Shown here piece after piece: positions 22,504 to 35,100 of a DNA stretch of 64,000 nucleotides (its first letter is position 1; the number at the start of each line of letters is the position of its first letter). Source of the DNA: Eutreptiella sp. 'Long Island Sound 2002'. Taxonomy: Eukaryota > Protista > Euglenida. A program made the translations under genes and the position numbers. Under the pieces are notes generated by a model. It was not told the origin of the DNA. It saw only the letters and a list, made by a program, of their open reading frames with translations, and did not search any database. The stretch spans positions 82,894,001 through 82,958,000 of the forward strand of contig OZ038378.1 of NCBI GenBank assembly GCA_964036045.1, given 5' to 3'.

Positions 22504-23644
22504 GCCAAACACTTAATGGATCACATAGTTTTCCGGTATTTGGCCGGTGGCATATCGCATAGTAATGACCACCGTGACCGATACTGACCATGTCTCTGTA
22601 CTGGGACACTACATGGTTGTGGAGACGCAGATGGAGCCACACCCGGAGACAATCCTACATGCACGTGTGGCAACAGTGAGTACCTTGGGGTATGTCGGTT
22701 GTCCGCAACAGCGGCCGTGGGCAACACAGAAGTGCGCTGGGGGCGGGGGTGCACGAGGGAAGTCTTTTGGGGTAGCGCATTATCTCACAAGAGCACCGGG
22801 GCCCTAACGGAATGCCTACCACTGGAGGTGATTGAAGTGCGACTAAAGGCAGGGGGGGGGTGCTTGTATGACCCGATAAATATCACTTTTTGGGACCCCG
22901 GCCTCTGCGGAGCCGAGGCAGCGCCAAATGCTACTTTTACCCCTTCTCGGTTACTTGCCCCTGGCTGGTGGCTCCCCATGTCCCCTCTGTCTATCACACG
23001 GCCCGCCATTACTAATTTCCGGATGCTGGGCTTTGCAGAGCCGAGCTTTTTTCGACAACTACATTTCATGTCTTCTGTGCATGCTACTCGCATTGCAAGC
23101 CCGTACTTCTTTCACCTCACGTCGGAATTCAGCTCCCAGTGTGCACGGTATGTGCTAGTCTACGCCTATTGCTAGTGTCCTGTTCTTGTTACCACCTTTT
23201 CCTGTTGTGCCACCCAGACTGTGTTCTCTCTACCCCTAGTGACCGAAATTAAACCCAATGTTGTTGATATTTGGCCAAAAAGTTACAAATTAATTCCAAG
23301 TTTCAATTTTTTAAAGGGGGGTTAGGGGGGTTGCCGTGAAAATTATGACCCCCATGGGTTGCCTTACGGGCTTGGGTGTCATTTTCACCCAGGGGTTGAT
23401 GGGGCGGTCCTACACATGTGGTTGTTTCAAAATGTTGAAATAGCTCTCGGCTTTAATTCTTGTTTTTAATTTTTGCTTTAAGATTTCAAAAGTTAAGAAT
23501 GAATGAATCGCCAGCATTAATATCAATCTCACAAATATTAACTCTATTCCCCAAATATTAACCCTCCTAAGAATGGCACACCACGTAATGCATCATGGGT
23601 GTGTTCACGCATTTTTTGCATGGCCATTGTGGCCCATTGGCTCC

Positions 23645-23960
23645 CTATGCGGGCCCTAACACCTCATGAGACCCCGTAATGCGGTCCCACGTCTTCGTGG
23701 GTCCGGATGGGGGATTATCGGGGTTAGTGGGCTCGGTGGTAGGGTTCCGGTTCGGGAGGTTGGTCTCTTCGTTTTCGGGGGCGGGGGGTTTGGGCTTTTT
23801 CTTGTCCATCCGGGCCACTTCCCGGTACCGCTTGGCCTCCTCGGCGGTGGGGAAGAAGAGGTGCCAAGGTACCTCGTAGAGGGTGGTGCCGCCCGGGTAT
23901 TCCACTGAAACGGCACCATACTTCCGCCCTTGGATACCACGGACGGTGCCCTTCTCTACC
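23645..23960 (-). pseudogene. Small beta-rich ORF remnant (GTVRGIQGRKYGAVSVEYPGGTTLYEVPW), possibly Tudor/SH3-like
   Basis: Alternating hydrophobic strand pattern only; no diagnostic motif. Confidence 0.3.
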
Positions 23961-24299
23961 CCGGTGGGGTAGGGGACGTGGCCGACCGTCTCGATGATCG
24001 GATCTCCGGGACGGTCGTCCTTCTTCTCGGCCGTTGCACCCTCGGGTGTGTGGGTCTTGGTCGGGGGGGGGGGGGGGTGGCGGTGTTGGGGGGGTTGGTG
24101 GGTTTGGCGGCGGCGACGGCCTTCGTAGGCCGTGCGGTGGTGGTGGGGGTGGGGTTGGGCTTTTTGCCACGGGGGGTCAGCGCGTCGTCGCTCTCCGAGC
24201 CGGACTCGCAGGCGAACCGTTCTTTCGAACTTTTTTTGAGGGGACTTGGGGAGGGGGTTGGGTTACGGCTTGGCATGGGGGGGTTTAGGCGGGGTGGTG

Positions 24300-26560
24300 G
24301 TGGACGCCCGCTCCCCCCTCCTCCTCGTCGTCGATCACCCCACCCCCTCTCTTGCTCCCCCACAACCCCAAGTCCTGCCGCCCCCGCATTCCCCACCTCT
24401 TGCATCAGAGCCCACTCGCTCGGCGAAAAGTGACGCGACGTCACCCAAACGCTGCTCACCACATGCGAGGTCTCCCAATCATGGAGGCCGCGGAAGAGAG
24501 CAGGGCACAAGGGTGGGTCTCGGGCCACGATACGGTGAGGGGACCCTAGGGGTGCTTCTTGGGATCCCTGGGCGTCTCGCCAGGCCACCCGGATGGGCAC
24601 ATCAACCACAATGTGTGGATCCCCTATGCATCCCCCATTCTCCAAGCTACAACCGGTCCCCTTGTCGCGGAGGCGGGCCGCCTCCTCACGGTCCAATGTG
24701 GGACAAGTCACGGCGTTGACCCATGCCGCCCCAACCTGGTCCCACACCCCCATGCATATTGTAAATTGAGCCCACCAAGGGCGAGGTGGACACACCGATG
24801 AGACGCCGGACGAAGGGTTGGTGTCCCCCAATGACCAACCCGCTTGGCACCCAGCGCGACACCCAGTAGAACTTCTTGCAATCTTGTATGGACTGCAATA
24901 GCAACGAAAAAGCACATGGATTGATATTTGCATTAATTTCTCCAGATTCATATCAAGTTAATTTTTCAGGGGGCGTTAATATTAACCAAAGTCTACATAT
25001 TAATCTCGAGAAATTAACGCAAAAATTGACAAACAACAAATGGGCCACAAACCTTGAAGTTGTCGGTTCATATGGTTGCTAGTGCCGCCTCGTTCCTGTC
25101 CCCGCACACGGCCATCCCTATCACCCACAAGTACGCGGGTGTGCGGCCCCGTGCGCCGCGGTTGAGGAGCCCAATGGAGAGATGGGTCCCTTGTGCCGTT
25201 CTCCGGATGTACTTTTGCCATGACACTTCCTCCGGTGGCAGCTGTTCCTCCAGCGTGCCCGCTTTCTGTTTACCCTCCACTCTAACTACCACCCCTCTTT
25301 GTAGCATACTTATCTCATCATCATTATTCGGCCTTCCCTCAAGCACTCACAACACTCCCCAAAGGGAGTCCGTCTCCCTTCCTTCCATTTCCTCCACCAC
25401 CACCATGTCCCCCGTCCGTTCTCTTGCCCCCTCCAGGATATCTTCTCCCCTCTTCCATAACCATGCCGCCCTCCGCTTTTGTTCCGCCTCATCCCCCTCC
25501 ACGCTCCCCGCACCGCACGTCGACGGTCTACTGTCATTGGAGGTCACACTTTGCTCTCTGCCTTGCCCCGCGGGGGTTGCCCGACTGGGGACCCCCCTTC
25601 CGTATTCCACCCTTTTGGTCTCTTCGCGGACTCCTCTTCCTGTCTGGCGATGTCCTTCGCCTCCCTCCTCGTCTCCCTCCCACATCACCGTGTATACCCT
25701 ATGTTTCATCCACAGTATTCCTGCCCTTCTTGGGCCTGCCCCTCCATATTCCTTAATCTTCCTGTAGCCCTCTCCATTTTATGTCTCCCCGTACACCGTC
25801 ACCATGTACCCGTCTCTCGTTGCCCATGCCTCCACTTCCGGTGGGCCTCCCATCCGCCTCCCTTACTTCATCCTCGGTACGTACCCCTGCCAACTAGTTT
25901 CCCCTGGCGGCACCGCTTGCCACCTCTCTTCCACTCTTGTGACGACTTTTTCGCGTATGTCCTTCGCCTCTTCCTCCAACTACCACCGGCGCACGGGTAC
26001 GCATCCTTGCTCACTTTGCAGCTGAGGGGCCTTGTCCAATCGATGGTGTCCATTAGCGATGGACGTGATTGGACGTACCGGGCCCATGAGGGTAGCGGCC
26101 AAGAGCGCCCACTCGCCGGGGGATCGGGGACGGACACGGGCGGCCGTAGGTCAAGGGGGGTTACGAACTCCCTCCACGCGTCCGTGCACGCATCCCGACC
26201 GGGCATGGGCTTGGGGAACGGTGGGCCCGTTGCGGCCGTGTACGCCCACCCCCCGGCGGCTTGTATACTCCATCATGTACTCGAAGCCAAGCTTGGGGAC
26301 GTTCAAGTCCATGAGGAGGCCGATGAGGTCCGGGGCCGGGAAGAGATGGGAGGCATATTGCTTCACCGCCTCCTTTTGCTTGTCGCGAATAATAGAGGGG
26401 TAGCCAGCGTCCGTGGCCTCGGACCATCGGGCCCGAGCCAAGGGAGATGAAGCCACCCACTCACCAAGGAGTGGGGAGACCAAAGGGTCCCGCAAACTCT
26501 TGGCCCCACTCAAACACACGAGCGTCATGTTAAGCACGGCAAGGGTGTCCCGAAAGAAAG
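24300..26560 (-). pseudogene. T2-family transposase copy 2, interrupted by a 788-bp insert and a 160-bp GT-AG intron (24893-25052)
   Basis: ..SRPSLMDTIDWTRPLSCKVSKDAYPCAGGSW|THLSIGLLNRGARGRTPAYLWVIGMAVCGD..ATI(W)TDNFK|SIQDC..IGG(H)QPFVRRL; aligns with 13733-14900. Confidence 0.7.
25190..25977 (-). other. 788-bp insert containing the C-terminal half of an OTU-like cysteine protease
   Basis: SWQGYVPRMK*GRRMGGPPEVEAWATRDGYMVTVY..GILWMKHRVY resembles OTU Y..m...WGG..E..A.....I.VY..HY; flanked by TCC at 25187-25189 and 25975-25977; removal restores GGSWTHL. Confidence 0.7.
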
Positions 26561-28889
26561 GCATAACAAGAGCTATACAAGGGAACATGGTGGTGTGGAG
26601 TGGGGGGGAACGCGGGCAACCGGTGGGGGGGTTGTCCAAGACACCCACCAACACAACATTGGAACATCTCTACTATACCGTTGTGTAACAATGTACCACG
26701 TAACACCCCTAATGGGTCGTCATATGTGCATGGAAAAATGAGGACCAATTACCCAATCAAAAAAATTGAGCGTTAATCTCTTAATATTTGCGGGATTAAT
26801 ATATTAACCGGTTCATGTATTAATAATTGAAATTAACCATATCGACTTTAATTTCGGCCCCTAGGGATGGCACCGGTTTCTATGGCGTTGCATGTGAGCT
26901 ACATGCGGTCTCTTTGTAAAAAAGAATGGCGCAATGGTCGCCAAATGATAATGCCGCCTGTTCTCATGGTGTGGCAGAGGAATTCATACAATTCTGTGCG
27001 GGTCTACGTGTCAGCAAGCGGTCCGGCATTACGCTTGACCGCATTCGCAAGGCGTTGGCACGAAAACAATGGCCGCGTTGGCTAACTAATTTTTCCAAGG
27101 AGACCTATAATGTATGGCTAGGTATGCGTCGAAGCGGCCGTCCCCAGTGCTGAGAGCACCGTCGCTATCAAGCGGGCACACAGGCGCAAGCTGGTGCACG
27201 CAAGTCTCACCAAGCCATGCCGGTTGTCTATTGTAGACCGGGGGGCATTGCAGTTCCGCAAACTGTGGCGTAGCATTGTTCGGCGTGATATTGTGGTGCG
27301 GGTGGACAACTGGTGGCATGCCAGTTTTTGGGCCAATCCATCGAAACCCAATGTCTGTTTAGACGTAACCGCAATAGCGGTGTTGCACACAACCCACCTT
27401 CCCCTTTTTCTTGGTCAGCCGTGTCTGCATGAACTAGTGGACCGGGTTGACGCAGTGGCCATGGCAATTGTTCAACAGCACATAGAGGTGTTTAAGGTGT
27501 GTACTGATATGTGCAATGCACCCATTTCTCGGAGAATCATCTGTGCCCCCCTCGATATTGCTCGGGAGGCTTCTAGAGAGCAACTCTTTTGGAATCCATT
27601 TGGCATATATGAGTCTCGTTCGGGTCAGAGCCAAGAGCTCTTGGATCTCCTCAATATGCTACACAGTACCCAACGGCATGGCATTGTCAGAACCCGATGG
27701 CATTGCTCGTTGATTGCAACATCCACTACCGGGTGCTCAAAATTTTTGTACTCTAGATCCCCCATTGACCGGAATTTTCCGGATTGGTTGCGAGGTATGT
27801 CATTTATTTACGGTGTGTGGCACCCCTACAAACAAGTTTGCAATATCATCTGGAGTAAATTCTTTCCTCCATTTTCGTATATCACCGCTCCCGTGTTCGG
27901 GGCCGGTGCTCGCATATATAACCGCCCCGAACTCTTTGTCATAGAGAAAACTATCGCTGCACTCCTTCTCGGAGCCCCAGACATTCGGGCACAACTTAGG
28001 CAGAAAATTACCCTGTTTGAAGGATGTGCCGACCCAGGAGCCCTAACCACACAGGATGGGTTGCGCATCCTTCGGGACCCGGAATCCCTCCTTAATTATT
28101 ACCTCCTAGCCATCTTTGGAGCGGGACACTTAGTGCGTAATTGCATTTGGGCTGGGCAAGCGGACGGGTTGGGTATAGTAGCCACGTGTGTACTTCGGCG
28201 TTGTTGACCTTGCCGGTCCAGCTGCAGCGAAAATGGACTACGTCCGCACCATATGCTGCGCACTTTTGTACAACACACAATAGCACGACGACACGTCTGG
28301 TGCCGCCCACGTGGAGGAATGTTGTGAGGCTGCTCGTAAAATTGTGGGCACGGTGCACCCCGACAAGCACACACCGGATGAGGCTGGTGACACTTTCAGC
28401 ACCATGCCCCCCTGTCAGTAGGCACGTGCAATAGTGTCTCTCTCCGAAAGTGTGTGTGTAGAGGTGCGCGATAGGGTATGGGCACTCATGCGTGGTGCAG
28501 GACGGGAGGAGCATCGAACTGTGTGATGGTGCTCGCGTCCAGTCACTGTCGTTGAAACAGAAAGAGACACAACGTACGTGTTCCCCGAAAAGGGAACCGG
28601 TGGTACGCTAACTTTTGTGTTTATGAAATATATTCTAAAGCGCTTTCTGCGCACCTTGGTAGGTGGACAAGGGCTCCGTGATGATGCCATGTATTACATA
28701 CGGCAACATATCCCACTTAGGCCACTTGTGAACCGCCGCGAGGTCCGGGCACCTCCCCCCGTGATCAATCTTAATCTATCAAGTCAAATTAACGCAACTC
28801 CTCACTGAGCACAAGAGGTACAGGGCCATCAGAGAGGGCGTCAACATCTACAACATCCCTAGCCAGGATCACAGGTACACCATCATCAG

Positions 28890-29450
28890 TGGGGGCACGC
28901 ACATGACCAATGAACATTGCATTAGCCCGTGGGGGAACAATGTGCTCCATTGCAATTAGTATGAACCCAACCATTTCTACCCCCCCCCCCCCGAGACAGC
29001 CCAATTTGATGTGTACACCCCTGTTATTGCTGTACCCAAATGTCTGGGCTCTGCAGAGCCCAGCTTTATCCGCCACTAAGTTTTCACGGTTTCTATTACC
29101 GGTTCTTGTCACTTCTGGTCCTGCAGAGCTAGCCTGTCACCACTGCCCGATATGTACCCCAATCTGGTCATTTTATGTTCCTTTCTTAGCGCTTTGACTT
29201 GATAGACGTAGACTGATCATGGGGGGGGGGGGTGGCAATGCAGACCCCCCCTCCCCTAGATAGCCAATTTGATGTATCCACTCTTGTTATTGCTGTACCC
29301 CAAACGTCTGGGCTATGCACAGCCCAGCTTTGTCCGACACTAACTTTTGAGGGGTATTACTAGTTCTTGTTAATTTGGGCCGTGCAGAGCTCAGCTCGTC
29401 ACCTCTTCTCGATATGAGCCATCATTTGGTCATTTTTTGTTCCTTTCTTA
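28890..29450 (+). repeat. ~263-bp diverged tandem duplication, each copy with a P1 pair
   Basis: ccaatttgatgt..ttattgctgtaccc..ctgggct at ~29000 and ~29265; P1 offsets 264 and 261. Confidence 0.85.
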
Positions 29451-29989
29451 GGGCTGGGCAAGTCCTGGACCATGCCATCACCGTGCTTTGATCTTTGCAC
29501 ACATTGCCATGCATTCGTATTGTAGTGTGCACCCGCTACGTAAGCCTGTGTGACCCTCGAAGACGTTTGTCTGGCACTTTTGCACTGATACACTGTTGCG
29601 ATGACTAAAGGTAAATTGCCACAAGCAGGTTTGGCTTCGGTGTTGACAGCCATTTGGACAGCCCTAATTATACGCTTGCTCTATACCTTTGTCAACGAGG
29701 GACTTTTTGGTGGGCCCGTCTGATGCTGTGACCATCAACGTGCCCTCGACATTGTATTTGAGTTGCGTCTGCAGTGATTAGCTGTTTTATAGACAATTTT
29801 GCGTATTTCAACCCCTGTGGGTGCCAATTTCAATGCTTTGATCCGACTAATTTGCTGTCCAAATCTGCCATTTGCCATCATTGATGCTTTTAACTGTGTG
29901 ATTGTTGTGCTTTTTTTACTGACCTGATTTTTCCTGTAAACCCCGTGTGTTTCTGAAACATGTGTGACATACCAAGCGACATTGCCATG

Positions 29990-31190
29990 GATGGCAACGC
30001 TGGTGAGACACCAGCGATGGACACAATGGAAGCCGAGAAAGTGGATGCACTGCAGCCAGAGCCCTCCGTAGAGGAAGCTGTACAGGGCAGCACTGTTGCT
30101 GGGGTCAGCTAGGCCAGTCAATCCCCCTCGCAAGTGGGGAACAAGGGTCGTGTCGCAAGGAAGATGGGCATCATCACGCACTCCACAAGCGTCGGGGCCA
30201 TTCAAAACTACGTGGAGGTGAGGAGAGCGAAGGTGCCCCGCAAGTAGGTGAAGATTGATAGGTGCATGGAGTATGGCAATACAGGCTCATTCATTGGGAC
30301 CACGTGGCACAGGTAAAGGAGGATCTACTGGAAAACCCCCTTGATGGCTGGTTGCAGCTTCTGGTCTGCGACGACAAAAGTATGGGAACGTCAAGACACA
30401 ATTCGATCAACGTAAGTGGCTACGTGGTCTGCCCTGTGTGATATGCCATGTTGTTGTATTTAGTGGGAGCCATGTGGGTGATCGGAGGCCAACACGGCGT
30501 TGCCGCGTGTGATGTAATTTGCCAGGATGTGACAGCAAGGACGGGTGAGGACGAGGACTGGATGACCAGCTTTTCGGTGCGCATCCTCAAGTTTGATACA
30601 TCCCTGGAGAGCTGGCTCGACAACACAATAGGGCGCAGCACAGTGGACGTGAGAGCAGTGTACCCGAACTGTTGAACAATTTCCTACAGCTAGCGGCCGA
30701 GGACACACAATGTAAGAAGACATTTGTCACCTTGATGTGTGAGGCAATCGTGGAAGTGGGGCCGACTGCGAAATCCGGTAACACGGAGACAATCCTCAAG
30801 CAAATGAGACCACCTGCCCGTATGGCCTTGACGTGTGGTACCACCTTCACGGCCGCACTCGGCAAGATGGTGGAACGCAAGCATGTGATTGCCCTTTACA
30901 CAATGCGATGCTTTGCTAGAATGCAACCCGGAAATTTGTGGCGTGTATGCAACTCCATGGCCTAGAGTACCGGTAGTACATGCCATACAGTACATGGCCC
31001 GCGGTACCGGGCTTCCAAAAGCTGGCAAAGGAGCTCCGCGCTGGGGAATTGTGGTGGTATCACTTTGGTCATCCCGACATGCCGGTTGAGCGCATCCACC
31101 CTTCACGACGTATGTTTTTGCCTTGTAAGCCCGCTGCCTTTTGTTGTGATTGCGATTCAGTGGGCCACATCGACAGGGAGCCTGGATGAA
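29990..31190 (+). pseudogene. Unassigned cargo ORF remnants
   Basis: Consecutive + ORFs 30448..30675, 30672..30965 and 30980..31189 with globular-like composition; no family recognised. Confidence 0.4.
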
Positions 31191-31199
31191 GTGTAATGA

Positions 31200-32130
31200 C
31201 CGATTTTAGTGTGACACCAAGCAGTTTGAGTCTGCTGGGCTGTGCAGAGCCCAGGGTCCCATGCGATGCAGATTGACTGGATCGAGGGAAACGCTGTGCC
31301 AGTTGCAACCTCCGCAACTTCAGTCCTGATGACTGGTGCAACCTTGCCTAATGAGGTCCAAAGAACCCCCCCAACCCACCCCAAGACACCCCAAAATTTA
31401 CCATTTTGTTCGTGCTAGCCTATGCAGAGCCGAGGTCCAGCACAATAACTAGTTTTAGCCGTCAAGTTACGAATCGGAGAGTACTGGGCTTTGCAGAGCC
31501 CATAATCCCATGCAATGCCAGTTGGCTGGATGTGCAGAGACAATGTGGCTGTTGGAACATCTGCAAGTTCACTCCTGATGACTGGTGCGACCTTGCCTGA
31601 TGATGTCCAAGGACCGCCCCCCCCCCCTCCCCCGAAAACCCCCTAATTCACCATTTTGGGCATGTTGAGCCCTGCAGAGCCCAGGTCCAGCACATTGACC
31701 CATTTCAGCCGTCAAGTCACCAATTATAGAGTACTGGGCCCTATAGAGCCCAGGATCCCATGGCATGCCAATTGACTGGATCTACAAAGATGCTGTGCCT
31801 TTTGAACTGTTGGAAGTTGCGCAAATTCACCCTTGATGATTGCTGCAACCTTTCCTGATGATTTCCAAGGACCCTTCCCCCCCCAAGGACACCCCCTAAT
31901 TCACCGTTTTGGTCATGCTGGGCTCTGCAGAGCCTAGATCCAGCACATTGACCAATTTCAGCCGTCAAGTTACCAATTGGAGAGTACTAGGCCCTGCACA
32001 GCCGAGGATCCCCTGGGATGCCCATTAATTGGATCTACCAAGAAACTGTGCCAGTTTAAGCGTCTGCGACTTCACTGATGTGGACCGGTACAACCTTGCG
32101 TGATGATGTAAGAGGACAACCCCCCCCCCC
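31200..32130 (+). repeat. ~250-bp tandem repeat (about 4 copies) built on P1 pairs; a further copy at ~43090-43330
   Basis: P1 at 31235/31484/31734/31987 and 31415/31665/31918; cattgaccaatttcagccgtca shared with ~43166. Confidence 0.9.
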
Positions 32131-35100
32131 CCCCGACACCCCCTTTACTTGGGGGTACGAACCTGACATCCTAAGGTGCCGGCTTGCCCGGGATAAGTAG
32201 TTACACTGGAGCAGAAAAATAACCACAAACCGCCAATACTTCAATAGATTTCCGAAGACAATAGTTTTTGACCACTGCCGTTTTTTGAAATCGAATTTTT
32301 AGGCCCCAACGGGCCAACGTTTCACTGTCAACAGTGAAACTCGAGGTGAAAGGCCACATTATATGACACTTTGGGCCGTACGCAACCCCTCCCACCCGTC
32401 TACAACCCCCCCCCCCCCCTTGGGTGTTGGTTTTGGTTCATTCAAGTGTGGTGGAGTATGCACGGACCCCAGTGACGTTACGAGTGCAAGGTAGTTTCAC
32501 CTTCAACAATGAAACGGCGTATCATGCAAGGTAGTTTCCCTGTCAACAGTGGATCTACTTTGCAGTGGAACAATTGTGCTGATACCTCTAGGTCCTGGTG
32601 GAGTACTTGTGTCACTACCCGGGCTAGTAGTCTGGTGTTTCACCACTTGGGCACCGATGTACGACCAAACATGTCTCAAAACTACCAGTTTGGTAGTGCT
32701 AGATTACTACCCCCTTCTCAACGGGGCACTTGCCATGCCTAGTGGGTGACGAGGTGGCGGTGCGGTATGCCACCTGGTGGCTAGGTGGGGGACGTAGCGG
32801 AATTCGAACCCAGCCCCCACTGGGACGAGACGAGGTGGTTATCTACTGGACCACATGACAGTCCGGTGATATTTCCTGTTCCTTTTTTTACAGCCCTTTT
32901 CAGAAAGTATTTCTTTTTACTCGTTTTACTTTCTTATCCATTGACAACACAGTATGGGAAACAGTTTCACTGTTAACTGTGAAACAATTGTAGGCCCCTA
33001 ACTCACTTTCTTTGTCATCTCATTCACTCATAGCACATTATGACATGTAGTTTCACCGTCAGCAGTGAAACTACTTCTGGTCATCAAGTACATATGGTAA
33101 GTTCCTGCAGCTATGTGTCCTCCGCTTCCTTGTGGTTGTGCCGTGGTGGGGGGACAGCGGGGTGCCATAGGAGGATGTTATTGCAGTTGGACCCCCCCCA
33201 TTGTGCCACCATTCCATGTGTTGTTCTCCTGCCTTTCAGGTGGTTGGCCTGCATGGCACCGAAGCACCGAGACTTTCGCTGTCAACAGTGAAACCAACTG
33301 CCACCACTCCCTGTTAGTAGCAGTTGGCATATTGCACCCTGTGCACAAGTTTTGCTATTTTGCCTGCTGACACCTGTCCACGGTTGAGCTTCAATGTCAA
33401 CAGTGAAACCACTTGCTGTCTACTTATTCTCTCTGTATGTAATCGGCCTGTACTGCCTCAGAGGGCACAATGGCTGACAACAGTGCCTCCCCATTCATCC
33501 TACGAGACATCTGCTCGGGGTTGTATGACGTCGTGGATCGCGGTGAGCTATATCAAGACGGGGAGGCAGTGGTGGAATGCGCTCTAGGAGGAGTACTAGG
33601 TTTGCCTTTTACGGAGATTGCTCTGGAGTTGCGTTTGAATCCTCGAGCAAGCCGAAGTATTGCAGATTTGAAGCAGCACTAGCCGAGTCATAGTTCCAAG
33701 CAATGGCTTCTGCGCTCTATGCCTATTGGGTTCAAGCTCTTCCGCTGCATGTTGTTACTCGCAAAGCCGATGATAGTGGCAAAAAGGTTCCCCAATGCAA
33801 GGGCTATGCCAACACTCACCAAGGAACAACGGCTTGAGTAGCGGGGAAGTGGTTTTGTACTCTTGCGGGAACCACTTTTGGTCAACCGGGTTGCCTTTGC
33901 GAAAGAGTGGATCCGCCAAGAAATGACACAAGGAATATGTGACGTGGGCAAATCAATTTTGCAAGAGCCTCCCTTTTATAGCAAGCCTGCGGGGAGCAAG
34001 GACGTGCCATAAGTTGGAGAAACGCAGCCCCAAACCGCACGAACTTGCATGTTCCAAGCACCTCTGCTAATGGGGTTTCGCTGTCAATAGTGAAAGTGTG
34101 CTGCAGGGAATTCGGTTCAAAGGACCATTTGCCTTTGGTTGTCACTGCAGCATTAGTTTTAGTGTTTCACTATGACGCAAGATACCGGGTACACGTTAAT
34201 TTGGCTGTTTTCAATTGGCTGAATATGTTGTTGAACACAAGACGCAAGGCAACTAGCAGTTCTTAAAACCAAAACTGTCCACACGGGTGCTGCAACATAA
34301 TGCTTCCTGCTCCTCATTTACTTGTAGTGATTCCTTCTGCCAAGGGACAGGGAGGTCCTTAATGGACGAGTTTTTTTTTTTGTTAAGGACAGCCCCTAGA
34401 GGCTTTTTTGCCCCGGCCCACCGGTGATGGAACATTCGGGTGGTCGAACGCTGCATCACTGGATTTGATCGAAAAAACTTTTGCTCTTGTTCATGTTAAA
34501 TTGTGCAGGGTGTGAGGCAGGGTTGTGATGCCATCATGCAACACAACTGGCGCTAGGATCGTACGGTTGTGTGCTTATACAAATTTGGGGCTAGGGACTC
34601 ATGGTTGAAGAATTGGGAACACCGGGGTGAAGACATGTACTGTCCGCGGGCTCTTTTGAAATTACCAGGTTCTGGATCAACTTTTTGTTTTCTGTTAAGG
34701 ACACCCCTGCCAAGGGATGCACAATAAAGACGGAAAGTAATTGTGCATTGCCCTTTATGGCCCAACCCTACCATGAATCATATCATGCAAGCCCCTTTGA
34801 ATGTGCGGTACATGGACGGACACACACACAACAGGCAGAAGGAATCCATGGTGTGAAGGCTGATAATGAAAACAAGCAAGGAAGCCAGCATCAGAAGCTC
34901 CTTGACACCCCCTTCCCTGGCACCAGCATTCCAAAAAACCAGACTCACCGAGGAGGCTTCACTGTTGACAGCGAAACTGTCCGCCCGGAGGCTATCTCAT
35001 CCCGTGCTGTTGATTCCGTGGTTCATGTGCCCCCAAAGTGTCCTCGAACTTGCCTTTGATGCCGTTAGGGTCGATGCAAAGCCAGCTCCCGCGAAGGCAA

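Larger units (their letters stand above)
23234..26866 (-). mobile_element. 3.6-kb TIR element carrying a decayed T2-family transposase
   Basis: ccctagtgaccgaaattaaa (23234-23253) versus tttaatttcggcccctaggg (26847-26866), 18/20 as an inverted repeat; no TSD seen; AT-rich subtermini. Confidence 0.8.
23216..28420 (+). pseudogene. Putative DDE transposase of the giant element (family T1), split by the 23234-26866 insertion
   Basis: ORF 27194..28207 plus flanks: VVRVDNWW (D1), restored ALLVDCNIHYRVLK (D2), IYGVWHPYKQ (GxxH), HVEECCEA (~28310, E). Frame is continuous across the insertion site. Superfamily not established. Confidence 0.6.

Noticed and set aside
25190-25977. 788-bp insert as an intron
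   Set aside because: No GT-AG ends, no CAG/CTG end pairing of euglenid non-conventional introns, and it contains protein-coding remnants.
23234-26866. piggyBac assignment from CCCTAG ends
   Set aside because: No TTAA flanks, and the transposase motifs do not resemble piggyBac.
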